Positions 49,813 through 62,784 of a stretch of 64,000 nucleotides of DNA are shown here, one piece after another. The DNA lies in assembly GCF_006345805.1 (NCBI RefSeq), contig NC_042997.1, forward strand, positions 113,212,001 to 113,276,000. The letters run 5' to 3'. The stretch comes from Octopus sinensis (taxonomy: Eukaryota). The notes beneath the pieces are model-generated. The model saw only the letters and a list, made by a program, of their open reading frames with translations, searched no databases and was not told the DNA's origin. Each line of letters opens with the position of its first letter. Position 1 is the stretch's first letter. Both the position numbers and the translations under genes were made by a program.

Positions 49813-49862
49813 TTAATCATAAGCAATATGGTAGCTACAGAGATCTGGAACTGTAGAAATGT
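49813..49862 (-). CDS. EF-hand protein candidate exon 2 (hydrophobic core of the signal peptide)
   Basis: Strong acceptor taatttttgctttcag, donor AA|gttagt, 50 bp, phase 0 to 2; reads TFLQFQISVATILLMI(N); phases link exon 1 and exon 3 without a frameshift. Confidence 0.5.
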
Positions 49863-50259
49863 CTGAAAGCAAAAATTATTAAGAATATTAATTTGTTTTT
49901 ACAAAAATTGTTTTATTCACTGCTCTCTTTTCTTCTTTCACTTTGTCTAAAAGTTTCACGTTTCATACACTTATAATACTAATACAGTGTGGGGTTATAA
50001 ATAAATATGTATATGGACAGCACTGCATCTATACATTAAAATAGACATATATATATTTATATGTCACTCCCCTTGTTCTGTCTCTTTCCCTCTTTTTCTT
50101 CTCCTCCCTTGTTCCCCCTCTTTCTTTCTCTCTTCCTCCGTCTCTCCTCTTCCTCCGTCCCTCCTCTCCCACATTTCTCTGCCTCTCAGACCTTATACCC
50201 CACTTGACCTGTCCCTTTCCCTCTCCTGCTTCTCTCTTCATCTGTCCCTTTCTCCTTTT

Positions 50260-51120
50260 TGTGCTCACGTGACCAGCTAGCTACCACTGCCTTTCGCATC
50301 AAGTAGTTGGCGTGACCACATGTATGTGTTTGTGCTCCGTTTGCCTTCAGGCACTTATTCCACAGCCAGCCTATACTCTCCTCGTCCTGTCGAAAGACGC
50401 TTGTCCTGACGTCCTGGTTTTGTTATGATTGTTTTTACGTTATTTTGTATTTTTATCCGTGCTATCTTTATTGTTTTTACGTATTTTTGAATTTTTTTTT
50501 TCGAGTAACATCGTCCGTTTTTTCCGTCACCATGTTGTATACTTTCGAGGTTTTCTTCCAAAGAATCTAATGCGATTGGCTTAGATTTCCCTTGGCGGGC
50601 TGCCCAGATTGGAGCAATCTCAAGATTAATCAGCCAAAATTGCGAAGATGATCTGGTTCTTGACTGATGACTGAGAGCTTCGAAAGTCCCGTCTGTGTGT
50701 TTTTTTTTTGTCGTCTTCAAAATGTTTCACGTTCTTGTCCCAGTTTGTGTTTTTTTAACGTTTACCTATATATATATATATATATATGTAAAAGTATATC
50801 GTATGTCGTATATATACATATATATTTGTATTTATGTGCTTTGTGAGTATATTCCACTGATGAAGGCAGAGTATTTCTTATGCAGAGTCAGAAGTCTGGG
50901 ATCTGGAATTATCCAGTAATTTTTTTGCTAGTTTATTTTGTCTTTTTGTCTTCTCTCCTGGTGCTTTATGAATATTTAATGTGGTTTTAGAGTCAAGTTT
51001 TGACTGCTATTTCCAGTGTGGTGGTATCTCTTAGATACCCTAAATTATAATTTTAAATAATTATTACCTTTGGAGGTTTTTATTTCCATACTGGCCACCT
51101 GATAAGATTGGTATTTAAAT
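50260..51120 (+). mobile_element. Penelope-type non-autonomous repeat with decayed hammerhead cores
   Basis: CTGATGAAGGCAGAG at 50857 and CTGATAAG near 51099; resembles a repeat class I recall from Octopus. Confidence 0.45.
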
Positions 51121-51403
51121 ATCGATCCAATCAACTTTGGTGGAATTTGGACTCAGAACTTAGCAGCAGACGAAATACCACTAAGCATTTCGTCCGGCGT
51201 GCTAATGTTTCTGCCAGCTCACCGCCTTAAAAGCATTGAATATTAGCTTATGCAAAGTTCAGCTTTGTATACGGGAATCAGGGTAATTATTTTGAGACAT
51301 TTTTTGAGACTGAAGGAGTGTCTTAGATACCATTAAATACAGGTTAATAATATCTTGTATTACCAATAAAAAAAAGAAAATGAAGTTTTAGAAAAAAACA
51401 TAC

Positions 51404-51457
51404 CAAAAAATGGTTCTTTGTCTTCAGTTGACTTCGATAGTTATTTAAGCAAATCAT
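51404..51457 (-). CDS. EF-hand protein candidate exon 1 coding part
   Basis: Only ATG downstream of the TATA/initiator; reads MICLNNYRSQLKTKNHFL; donor TTG|gtatgt, phase 0. Confidence 0.5.
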
Positions 51458-51509
51458 CTTTGAGTTTGTGTGATTCTCAAGAACTTTTAGTTGCGTTGAA
51501 GATTTTCTT

Positions 51510-51545
51510 TTGTGAGGAACAGACGTTGCAAAATGCTTTATAAAT
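51510..51545 (-). promoter_or_regulatory. TATA box and initiator-like site
   Basis: TATAAA at 51542-51537 (minus), TCAC initiator with A at 51513 (29 nt downstream), in apparently unique sequence just upstream of a donor-terminated exon. Confidence 0.55.
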
Positions 51546-52135
51546 AAAAGCCGAGAAAGTTATTGATCTATTACTGCAGCAGATGTAAAACTAATTACCA
51601 TCTCTTTTGTAACGAATGGGAAGGGATATAATTAAATTTATTATTTCTGGAGAGTATGCCTCTAGGGTTTAGGTGAGTGATAGGTGTGTTTGATGTATAA
51701 AAACTGTCGTTCATAATTCAAATAACTTAGCATACTGCAACAGTATGAAGTTCAATGAATGATGGTCGGCTTTAAAGAAGGTAATAATATGCAATTAGTT
51801 GTTAATACAACTAAAGTTGAAAGGCTACGGTGACACTTGGATGCATTTTCTTTTTTGTTGGTTTGGTTTGGAAAGGGACTGTGCTTATGGCCTTCACATG
51901 TTGGGTCTGGAGTAGGGCACTGTCTCTGTGGCCTTCATAGGTTTGGTCTTGGTGTTGTGTCTATGGCCTTCATAGGGCTTGTTTGGGAGAAGGGGATGTG
52001 TCCATGATCTTTGCAGCTTTGGTCTGGAAGAGGGAGCTGTATAAGAAAATTTGCAGGTTTGGTCTGGGTGGGAAAGGTGCTGTACTCATGGCCTTCATAA
52101 GGCTTCTGTGAATTGTGTCATATAGGTATGATTAA

Positions 52136-55100
52136 TCATCATCATCATTTAACGTCTGTTGTCCATGCTGGCATGGGTTGGACAGTTTGACAAGGGCTGG
52201 CAAGCTGGAAGGCTGCACCAGACTCCAATCTGATTTGGCATGGTTTCTATGGCTAGATGGCCTTTGTAACACCAACCACTCTGAGAGATAGGTTCTTTTA
52301 TGTGCCACTGACATGGTGCCATTTGCGTGACACCAGTATCTGTCACAACTGTGATTTTACTTGTCTTGATGGGTCTTCATCTCAAGCACAATATAATGCC
52401 AAGAGTCTTGGTCATTCATCATTCTCTCTGTGAGGCCCAACACTTGAAAGGTGCATTTCATGTGCCACCGGCATCAGCCACTTTGTCTCTGTGAAGTCCA
52501 ATGCTTGAAAGGTGCTTTTTACGTGTCACCAGCATTGGCCATGATTACAATTTCACTTGTCTTGTTGGGTCTTCTCAAGCACAATATATCACCAAAAGTC
52601 TCAGTCACCAGTCAGTGCCTCTATGAGGCCCAAAGTTCAAAGATCATACTTCACCTCCTTGTCCCATGTCTTCCTGGGTCTACCTCTACCACAGGTTCCC
52701 TTCACAGTTAGAGATTGGCACTTCTTTACATAGCTGTCCTCATCCATATGCATCACATGACCATACCTGTGCATTTATCTCTCTTGCACACCACATCTGA
52801 TGCCTCTTAAGTTCAACTTTTCTCTCAAGATGCTTACACTCTGTTGAATATGCACACTGACATTGCACATCCAGTGAACCACACCGGCTTCATTTCTTTC
52901 AAGGCTACACATGTCCTTGATTGTCACAGCCCATGTTTCACTGCCATATAGCATAGCTGTTTGTACACAGGCATCATACAATCTGCTTTCACTCTGAGAG
53001 AGAGAGGTCTTTTTTTACCAGCAGAGGTAGGAGCTCTCTGAACTTTATCCAGCCTATTCTAATTCTCGCAGCTATGCTCTCAGAGCTTCCACCTCCAGTA
53101 CTAACTTGGTCGCATAGATAACGTAAGCTATCTACTACCTCTAGCTTACCCACCTAGCAGTTGATGGAGTCTATTTTCAGCACATTTTCAGTATTTTTTG
53201 TACCTGTGCATCTTCTGCACACAAAAGCTATTTTCCCTGTTAACCTTCCTCTGATATTGCTGCACCTATGTGTCCATAGCCTACACTGGGTACATCATAT
53301 GGAGTTTCTACCTATGCCTTTCATACAGATTGAGCAGGGCCATTTACCTGAAGGGATTTGTGATTTGTCTGCTCTCCTACTTACTAAGACTTTGGTTTTT
53401 GCTAGATTAACTCTAAGGTCCTTTGATTCTAGACCTTGCGTCCACATCTGAAACTTCTCTAGTTCTGGCAATGATTCAGCTATAAGAACAAGGTTATCAG
53501 CATGGAGGAGCTCCCAGGGGCAGCCTGTCTTGAATTCCCCTGTTATTGCCTGGAGGTCTATGATGAACAAAAGGGGGCTGAGGACTGGTCTTTGGTGAAC
53601 CCCTAGTTCTACCCAGAATTCTTCGCTGTACTCATTGCCAACTTTCACCTTACTGATAGCATCCCTGTACAGGGCTTGTACAACTCTCACCACCCTAGTT
53701 TATCCCTAGTTTCCGCATTGACCACCAGATAAGACATCAGGGAACCCTGTCAAAGGCTGTCTCCATATCAACAAAAGCCAAGTACAAAGGTTTATCTTTG
53801 GCTAAGTATTTCTCCTGAAGTTGTCTTACCAGAAATACAGCATGAGTGGTGCTTCTACCTGGCACAAAACCGAACTTCATCTCATCCAACCAGAGTCTCT
53901 CCCTAATCAGTTAGGCTATGACCCTCTCCATGACCTTCATCACCTGATCCAGCAGTTTGATACTCCTGTAAATTACTTCTATCTAAAGCATCACCTTTAT
54001 CTTTGTAGCAGTTGACTATAGTACTGCTACACCAGTCATTGGGTATGACTCCTTCGTGAACTACATGATTTACAATACAAGTCTCTAGACCATAACCCAC
54101 ACCACCAGATATTTTAAGCATCTCAGCAGTGATTCCTGATGGACTGGATTCTTTCCCTGTCTTCATATCCTTAATTGCTTTATCTACCAAGGTACTTGTT
54201 GATTTGGGTAGTTGGTGTCTCAGTTGGGTCAACGTTTAGCAGACTCTCTTACTCCCCATTCATTCTCCACATTCAGCAGTCTTTTATAATGGCATCTCCA
54301 AGCCTCTTTCTTTGCAGAATCATTAAATGCAAGTGAATGATCATCCATGTGGACACATTTCTCTCCTATGATATCAAGATTTTCTCTCACACTCTGTCTT
54401 GCAATCTGAAACACTTCAAGTCTTTGGTTCTCATGTCACTGAACATAGGCAAACTTCTTTTATGCTTCTGCCCTGGCTAGATATACTTGTCTCCTAGCTT
54501 CCCTTCTGGCTCTCTTATACAGTTCCCTGTTATCCAACTCTGCCACGCCTGTTTTTTTGCTCTAATGGCCTTGTCTACAGCATTGCTTCTACGTTTGAAT
54601 GGGACTTGCACCAACTGCAGATTTGGTCTGTGGCACTCGGCAAGCTGTCCCGCAGGAATTCCCAGTTGCCCTCTGTGTCACAAGTCTGTAGCTCCTCCCG
54701 CTCATCAAATTTCTCAATTAGGAAGTCCCTAAATCCCTGACCATATGAAGAGTCCTTAAGCTTCCAAATCCTTCTTTTCCAGATGTATCTGCTTCTTGGT
54801 ATCCTTCTGGCCTGGAGTCTAAAGTCACTAATGACTAGTTTATGCTGGTGGGGAACATTCTTCACCAGGGAGGGTCTTTGTATTTAAGAACAACCATATA
54901 TCCTGCTGTCTGGTGAGAATGTAATCAATCTAGCTAGCCTAATCACCTGATTGGTAGATTATCAGGTTGGCTGGCTTCCTGAAGTTGGTGTTGCAGATCA
55001 GTAGGTTATTGGCATTACAGAACTCCAGTAGCCTTGTCCCTTCTTTGTTTTAGGAACCAATTCCATGGTGCCCCATGTATGCCATGGAAGATACCAAGCT

Positions 55101-55560
55101 GCTGCCTGACATGCCCATTGAAATCCCCAGCCATGAAGATGAGATCATTGTCACTCATCTTTGAGGTAGCCTGCAGAAGAATATCATAAAAACGGTCATT
55201 TTGTTCATTTGGTAGGCCAGTTTGTGTGGAGCATAGACCGAGATAATTTCCACTATATTATTCTGTAAGACAAGCCTGACCTTAAATATTCTATCGCATA
55301 CACTGACTACCTCAATGACCTCATCCACCCATTTCTTAGCAAGAAGTATGCCTACACTACCTATCTCGTTGCTGTTACTTTCCCAGAAAATTTTATACCT
55401 ATGTGTTTTGCCTGCAAGGAACCTGGCTGAAGTTCCTCTCCACTTTACCTCTTGAATGCAACATACATCAACACACCTCCATTCAAGCATCTCAACAATG
55501 TCACTAGACCTACTTTTCAATGTGCCTACATTGACAGTTTCAACTCTGAAAACTGGGAAA
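52136..55560 (-). mobile_element. Long decayed RTE LINE, internally deleted
   Basis: Endonuclease N-terminus VDVCCIQEVKW...VGILL...CDRI...IISVYAP (55155-55520); reverse transcriptase VGNEYSEEFWVELGVHQ.PVLSPLLF...WELLHADNLVL (53295-53693); (CAT)n tail at 52136. Confidence 0.92.
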
Positions 55561-55679
55561 GGGGCATGGGAGGGAACATGAGAAGGAGAGGTGGTATTCA
55601 GTACCTGAAAAACAGTTTCAATGGCTGTTTGATAACAGACATGTCACATCAGCTGTTCTTGCTTTAACCTGCCATCATT

Positions 55680-56365
55680 CAAACATCATTCAAATTGTTG
55701 CTCCTATTGGGAGTGAGTGTAACGTAAGCATTGTAAATATAAGTGTTATTGCTGTAAACATAAATATAAAAGACAGAGACCTCTGGAGATATACTGTGAC
55801 TGAGAAGACCTGGCAAATAAAGTGAGTTCACAACTGTAACCCACACCAGTGTCGCATAACCAGCCAACTCAAAAAGTACCCTTGGTTCATAGGACGACAT
55901 GCCATGCTTGAGGAGATCTATTGAGTCAAGTACATCAACATCAAAATTACAATCAAATGGCAATTGTAGTTGTGATCCCTGTGCTGGTGGCATGTAAAAA
56001 GCACCATCTGAACGTGGTCGATGCTAGCTCCCTCAACCCGACTGACTTCTGTGCCAGTGGCATGTAAAACGCACCATCCGAACATGCTGATGCCAGCACT
56101 GCCTTGACTGGCTCCTGTGCCAGTGGCACGTAAAAAGCATCATCCGATTGTGATCAATGCCAGCCCCCTCTGGCCCCTGTGCTAGTGGCATGTAAAAAGC
56201 ACCCACTTTCATCTCAGAGTGGTTGGTGTTAGGAAGGGCATCCAGCTGTAGAAACATTGCCAGATCAGACTGGTGCCTGGTGCGGCTTCTTGGCTTTCCA
56301 GATCCCAGTCAAAGCGTCCAACCCATACCAGCATGGAAAATGGACGTTAGACGATGATGATGATG
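55680..56365 (+). mobile_element. RTE 3' UTR-derived repeat with tandem subunits
   Basis: Same family as 35570-36105 and 58740-59135. Confidence 0.75.
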
Positions 56366-56705
56366 ATAATAAATAAGTCAATGTTTGAATTAAGTAAATG
56401 AGCCACAATTGATCAGTCCATTATATATAGAGGGAAAGGGGTCAGTGGTTTGTTAATTTACAAAGTGACACATCTCCTTTTGGTGCATGCAGTAGTATGA
56501 ATGATTGCTTCTGGGGCTGGTGGTAGTAGGGGGGAGGGAGGTCTGCAAGTCTTCTGATGCAGAAGCGAGGCAGAGCCATGTAGGGGTTTCCAGTTTAAGA
56601 GAAGAGATTTCTGGTATAGGTGGTGGGGGCAGGAATGGGTGGGTGCATCATGGACCAGCAATGGTCAGCTTCACTTGAGGAAATGGCAGTAGAAGACACT
56701 AGTGT

Positions 56706-56755
<50 letters not shown>

Positions 56756-57866
56756 AAGAGAGTGAGAAAGAAAGAAAGAGAGAGAAGACTTTATTGCTTG
56801 AGAAATCATGGCAAGTATGAGAAAGACACAAGTTATACAACAAAGTGAAGATTTTTACAAATTTTAGAGAGAGAGTGTGAGATTGTTGAGGAAATCATGG
56901 CAAAGTATGGAATCACATGAGTTATGAAATGGAAAGAATATTGCAAAAATTTAAAGAATGAAAGAATTACGAGTTTTGGAAGTTATTCTAAAAATGAAAG
57001 AATTACGAATTATGAAACATATTTTAAATCCAAGTACAGCATGTTATGTAATATTCTTGTTATCTCACTGCAAGTCAAGACATGAGCTGGGAAAGAATTT
57101 CAGACATTCTGGAAAAGAAGGTGAAACCATAGTAACTGAAGGAGAGTAGAGTTAAGTTAGTTGAGTGTAGCTGGGTGGAAGTGGCATGAGATCAGCTGGT
57201 TTTGAGAAGCAGAGGCCACTGTAGTAGTGGTAGAAAGAGCAGAGAGAGGGTATAGAATATATATAGGTTAGGGATAACCGTGTGTTTGTAAATGGTAATC
57301 GGTTGAGTGGTTTTTCTTAGGATGCAGTCAAGTATAATTCTTTGTGTAGCTGCAGCATCGTCTGTGGGTACCATGGAAACAGTAATCTATTGAAGGGCAC
57401 ACCTAAGGTTTGCAAAGGGTCATAGCTGTTAGGGTCTGGAGTATTTTCTGGTTCTGAAGCAGACGGTCAGTGTTTGTGGTGCAGCATTTGGTCTATTGAG
57501 GATTGGCTGTGCATTTGTCAAGAGAGATCAAGAATGGCGAACATTTATGGGGAGGTTCATGGGTTTAATTCTGTGCTGTTCATGTTGAGGTTGTGGAGTT
57601 CAGTAATGGATTGTAACATTGAAACTTGAAAAGCTTTCAAGTAGAAATGTCACTCAACATTCACAATTGCAGCCATCTGGCTCTTTGATATCAGGAATAA
57701 TTAGTCAGTATTTCAGAAATGCACTAGAAATATCTCTGGTTTTGAAAATTATATCGATTGTTTCCCAAGGGCCAAAGTTACTTGTCTTCATAATATATAG
57801 CAATGGTTATTGTGTGTGTATATATCTGTATATATATACATATATATACATACATACATACACATA

Positions 57867-57902
<36 letters not shown>

Positions 57903-57932
57903 TGTATGTATGTATGTATGTATGTATGTATG

Positions 57933-57981
<49 letters not shown>

Positions 57982-58499
57982 GTGTATCTATATATATATA
58001 TATGTTTTTTCACTTGTGTGTGTTTGTGTGTTGTATACCAGGCTTAAGTTACTTATTGCTGTAATATATTGCCATACTTATTTTGTGTGTGTGTCTGGTT
58101 GGGGTTAGGATGGGCATCCAACTGTAAAAACCTTGTCAGATCAGATTGGAGTCTAGTACAGCCTTCTGGCTTGCCAGTCCTTAGTCAAACCATCCAACCC
58201 ATGTCAGCATGGGTAAGCAGATGTTAAACGATGATGATTAAGTACTGGGGTTGATGTAATTTACTAACTACTCCTGTCCCTTACCACCACCACCACCACT
58301 ACCATCTCAAAATTACTGAGTTTGTACCAAGTTTGTACCTAGATATCAGTTTACAGAAGCAGGTGTGAGAAGTGACCAAAGTTACCTGTCTTTATAATAT
58401 ATAGCAGCGTTTTATGTAAATAGCTGTGTATATAATAAGCATTAGAAAATTACTATTTTTAAATCTCACAACGTGAGATATTCAGCAACACTACTTTGT

Positions 58500-58704
58500 A
58501 GTAAAGATTGTTTGCCAACATAACATGGCAGTCCTGGTTTACGACTAATGACACAATCTGTGTTCTTATATTCCCTTGTTCGAAAATATAAGGACACAGA
58601 TCGTGTTGTATAGCCAGCTGGAGACGATGTCTCCTGGAGCTAAATTACAGCAACATTAGTCTTAAACCAGGACTGCCATGTTATGTTGGCAAACAAACTT
58701 TACT
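58500..58704. mobile_element. Palindromic element related to 25530-25860
   Basis: About 50 bp inverted arms; shares CAACATAAC.TG.CAGTCC ends and AATATAAGGACACAG with the 25.5 kb element. Confidence 0.7.
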
Positions 58705-60217
58705 ATAATAAGCATGTCAGTGTACTGGCCATCAAAATCAAATTTGATGACTGGCATCAGTGTCAGTGGCACGTAAAAAGCACCATTCGAGCATGATCGT
58801 TACCAGCATCGCCTTACTGGCACTTGTGTCGGTGGCACATGAAAAATCATTTGAGCGAAGTCGTTGCCAGTGCCACTGGACTTGCTCCTGTGCAGGTGGC
58901 ACATAAAAAACACCATTTGAGTGTGGCTGTTGCCAGTACTGCCTGACTGGCCCTCGTGCCAGTGGCATGTAAAAGCACCCACTACACTCTCGGAGTGGTT
59001 GGCATTGGGAAGGGTATCCAGCTGTAGAAACTCTGCCAGATCAAGACTGGAGCCTCGTTCAACCATCTGGTTTGCCAGTCCTCAGTCAAATCGTCCAACC
59101 CATGCAAGCATGGAAAGCGGACGTTAAACAATGATGATGATTTGTGTATATATGCATGTATGTATAACAAGCTAAGAGTCCTGTGTTTATAATATATAGT
59201 AATGATTATTGTGTGTAAGTCTCTGTAAGTATAAATATATGTGTGTTGGCCAATGTTACCTGGTCATGTGTATATATCTGATTGTATATGCATTCGTATG
59301 TGTGCGTGTAATGTAACATAATGTATGTACATCAGATCCTTAAAATAAGGAAGTGTAAAACAATATCTACAGTAATATTATATCTATAGATTTTTATCTA
59401 CGTATAAGCATATGTGTACGGCTGTGCATAGCTGGCTGTATGTCTGTATGGCTGTGTGCATGTGTGTGCGTGTGTGTGTGTATGCATGCATTCATTAAAA
59501 TCACATTTGCATTCAAAGCATAAACACAAAAAGGAAAAAGCTTCAATGTGACAATAGCTCTCAGCAACATGGCAGACAGAAAGTACCCTGAGGGAATGTT
59601 TCTGTATAGAAGAAAACTAAATGACAGGAAGGAGGTTTCAAATATATAAAATAGAGAAATGAGAAATCTGTTAATCAACTGAGATTATCAAGGTTGTAAA
59701 ACTTTTAACATTTGTGTATCTAGTAGACACAACATTTGTCTCCGTTACGCTTTCCCTTGGCATTATTGTTGATTTTTATCATCAATGTCATTACATTCCG
59801 TCTCCCCATTTTCTCTCCCCCATCATCTTTCTCTCACTGTATACGGGTATATGTATGCCCCAAAAGTCACTGATGGGTTTCATATTTTAACAACTTCCTT
59901 AACTTTACAAATAGATGCATGAAATTTTGATACAATATAAAGGACATAATGGAAATTAATATGTACAAGTCAAATTTTGCAATACTACTATATCACATAT
60001 GGAAAATGACATTGCTAAAATGGCAGTCATTTTCAGCTTCACATGTCTGTGCTCTTTCCAGAACTTGCACCATAACACCCTCAAGAGTTTCAGACCCCAC
60101 TTCTTTGATTTCTCTTTTGATGTTCTCCTTCAGTTGCACTAGGGTCTTTGGTTTAGGGTCTCAGGCCAATATATCATCATCATCATCATCGTGTGTGTGT
60201 GTGTATGACCTCGAACC

Positions 60218-60438
60218 CACAAGAGTAAACAAGAGAGACAGAGACAGGCAGAAACAAGGAAAATGCCACTTGTATTTGAACACTATACAAATATTCTTTT
60301 AAAAAAACTTTTCTTTTAATTTTTCTAAATTTAATTATTTAATTGTTACAGTTGAAAAAGTCTTAATGACTGAAACCGGTACTGAAATGTTTTTTATAAA
60401 ATTATTTTAGCATTTTCTATCTTGACTTTTTTTTCCAT
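60218..60438 (+). repeat. About 220 bp repeat with an inverted homolog at 62394-62613
   Basis: CACAAGAGTAAACAAGAGAGACAGAGACAGGCAGAAA... matches the reverse complement of 62394-62613; contains TTGAAAA-AGTC-TTAAT-GACT-GAAACCGGTA. Confidence 0.8.
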
Positions 60439-61470
60439 ATATATATACTGTCCAACCCATGCTAGCATGGAAAACGGACGTTAAACGATGATAATGATGA
60501 TGATGATATATTAAAACTGCCATGCCATTGGTTGATCCAGTCAGCAGAACAGCCTACTCATAAAATTTACAAACAAATGGCTGAGCACTCCACACTCACA
60601 CATACCCCTTAACCCCTTAATGTAGTTCTCAGGGAGATTCTGCCTGACACAGAATGTGACAAGGCTGGACCCTTGAATTACAGGTACAACTCAGTTTTAC
60701 CAGCTGAGTGGACTGGAGCAACATGAAATAAAGTGTCTTGCTCAAGGACACAACATGTCACTAGGAATCGAACTCATGACCTTTTGGTCATTAGCTGAAC
60801 ACCTTAACCACTTAACCACACACACACACATATATGTTAATGTTTGTTTTTATGTTGAATTTATCTGATGGGTTACTCTGCTTTTGTAGAATATAGATTT
60901 ATTATTCTTAAACAAGAATATATTATTGATAGTGACTTTGAAGTTTCAACCAGTTAAGCCATCATCAGACTGTAATGCATTGGAGTTAATCCTGACCTTA
61001 TATAGTCTCTCATCATCATCATCATCATCATTTAATGCCTGTTTTCTATGCTAGCATGGGTTGGACAACTTTACAGGAACTGGTAAACCCAGGGCTGCAC
61101 CTGGTTCCATCATAGTCTGATGATCTCCCTATCTTAAAACCTTCTTACTACACCACCCAAACCCACATACCCAAGGAAGATACTCGTACCCAACAGAGAC
61201 TATATAAAACGAAAATAAACTTCAATGCATTGCAGTTGAACAATGACTTAACTGGCAGAAATTTCAAAGTCACTGTCAAAAATATCCTTGTTTAACAATG
61301 ATATGTGTGTGTTTGTAACATATACCATCATTGTCATCATTATTAAATGTCCACTCTTCCAGGATTGCATGGGTCAGATGGAATTTGTTGCTGCAGATTT
61401 TCTATGGCCAAATGCCTTTCTTATTGCCAGGTGGTGGTCATGGGTGGAGATGTGGGGTATGTATATATAT

Positions 61471-61543
<73 letters not shown>

Positions 61544-61663
61544 ACAAAGTGGAGTTGTAAGGTACGAGTGGAATTATATATGAAAGAAGGTTTGAAAATG
61601 CAATTTTAAAAGATGTTTTTACCGGTTTCACTTTTTAGAAAAAGATTGTCAAAAGTAACATGT

Positions 61664-61995
61664 AAAAGCTTGGTTGTGTTAGTTACTGGTTGTCACAAAA
61701 TACTACAATACATATATACATTCTTTGATAATAAGAACATGTTAAGAACAGCTTACAAGGGAAAATCTTGGGAAAATATAAAAAAGTTTAACAAGTTCAT
61801 CAAAATATTGGGCACAAAAGCTTGGTTGTGCCAGGTACTGGTTGTCACAAAATATTACAATATACATATACATTCTTTGATAATAAGAACATGTTAAGAA
61901 CAGCTTACAAGGGAAAATCTTGGGAAAATATAAAAAAGTTTAACAAGTTCATTAAAATATTGGGCACAAAAGATTACAACATATATATACATTCT
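61664..61995 (+). repeat. Recent tandem duplication, about 152 bp unit
   Basis: Two near-identical copies (61664-61815 and 61816-61971) plus a partial third. Confidence 0.9.
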
Positions 61996-62784
61996 CAAGA
62001 AAATGCTAAAGATAGTTTCCAGAAGGAATTATTAAAAAGTTCAGTGGAATATTGGTATTGTATCTGTATATATATACACACACAAAATATTATAAGTTCA
62101 AAAAAGTTTACATTTTAGTAGTAGGGTAGCTGAAACTGACCTGGTTCACCATGTTATCATAAAAGACTATTTTATATTTCAAGAGACAGTGTATGTGTGT
62201 TTGGGTGGGGGTAAGGAAGAGTAATGTGTAACTGAAAAGAAGTTTTTTGTCTCTCCTTCAAGCATCAATGATTTGGGGGATCGGTCTGAAGAGGTCAGAA
62301 TGGTGCAAGTGTATGTGTCTTTGTGTGTGTGTATATACATATACATGTGTTTGTGTGTGGGGGCCGTTTTTGAGTGTATATATATATATATATATGGACA
62401 AAAAGGTCAAGATAGAAAAGGCTAAAATAATTTTATAAAAAACATTTCAGTATTGGTTTCAGTCATTGAGACTTTTTCAACTTTAAGTATGGAAAACAAT
62501 TAAATTTAGAAAAATTAATAAAGTTTTTTTAAAAGAATATTTACATAGTATTCAAATACAAGTGGAATTTTCCTTATTTCTGCCTGTCTCTGTCTCTCTT
62601 GTTTACTCTTGTGCTACGATTTCGATATATGGAAGGGTATCGAGCTCTAGGAACATTGCCAGGTCAGATTGAAACCTGATGCAGCCCACTGGCTTGCCAG
62701 TCCTCAGTCAAACTGTCCAACCCATGCCAGCATGGAAAGTGGACATTAAACGATGATGATGATGATGATGATATATATACATAG

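Noticed and set aside
57619-58108. ORFs rich in YI/CV/MY/HT dipeptides here and at about 9.0, 10.4, 17.3, 27.0, 46.8, 61.3 and 63.6 kb
   Set aside because: Read-through of (TA)n, (TG)n and (TATG)n microsatellites.
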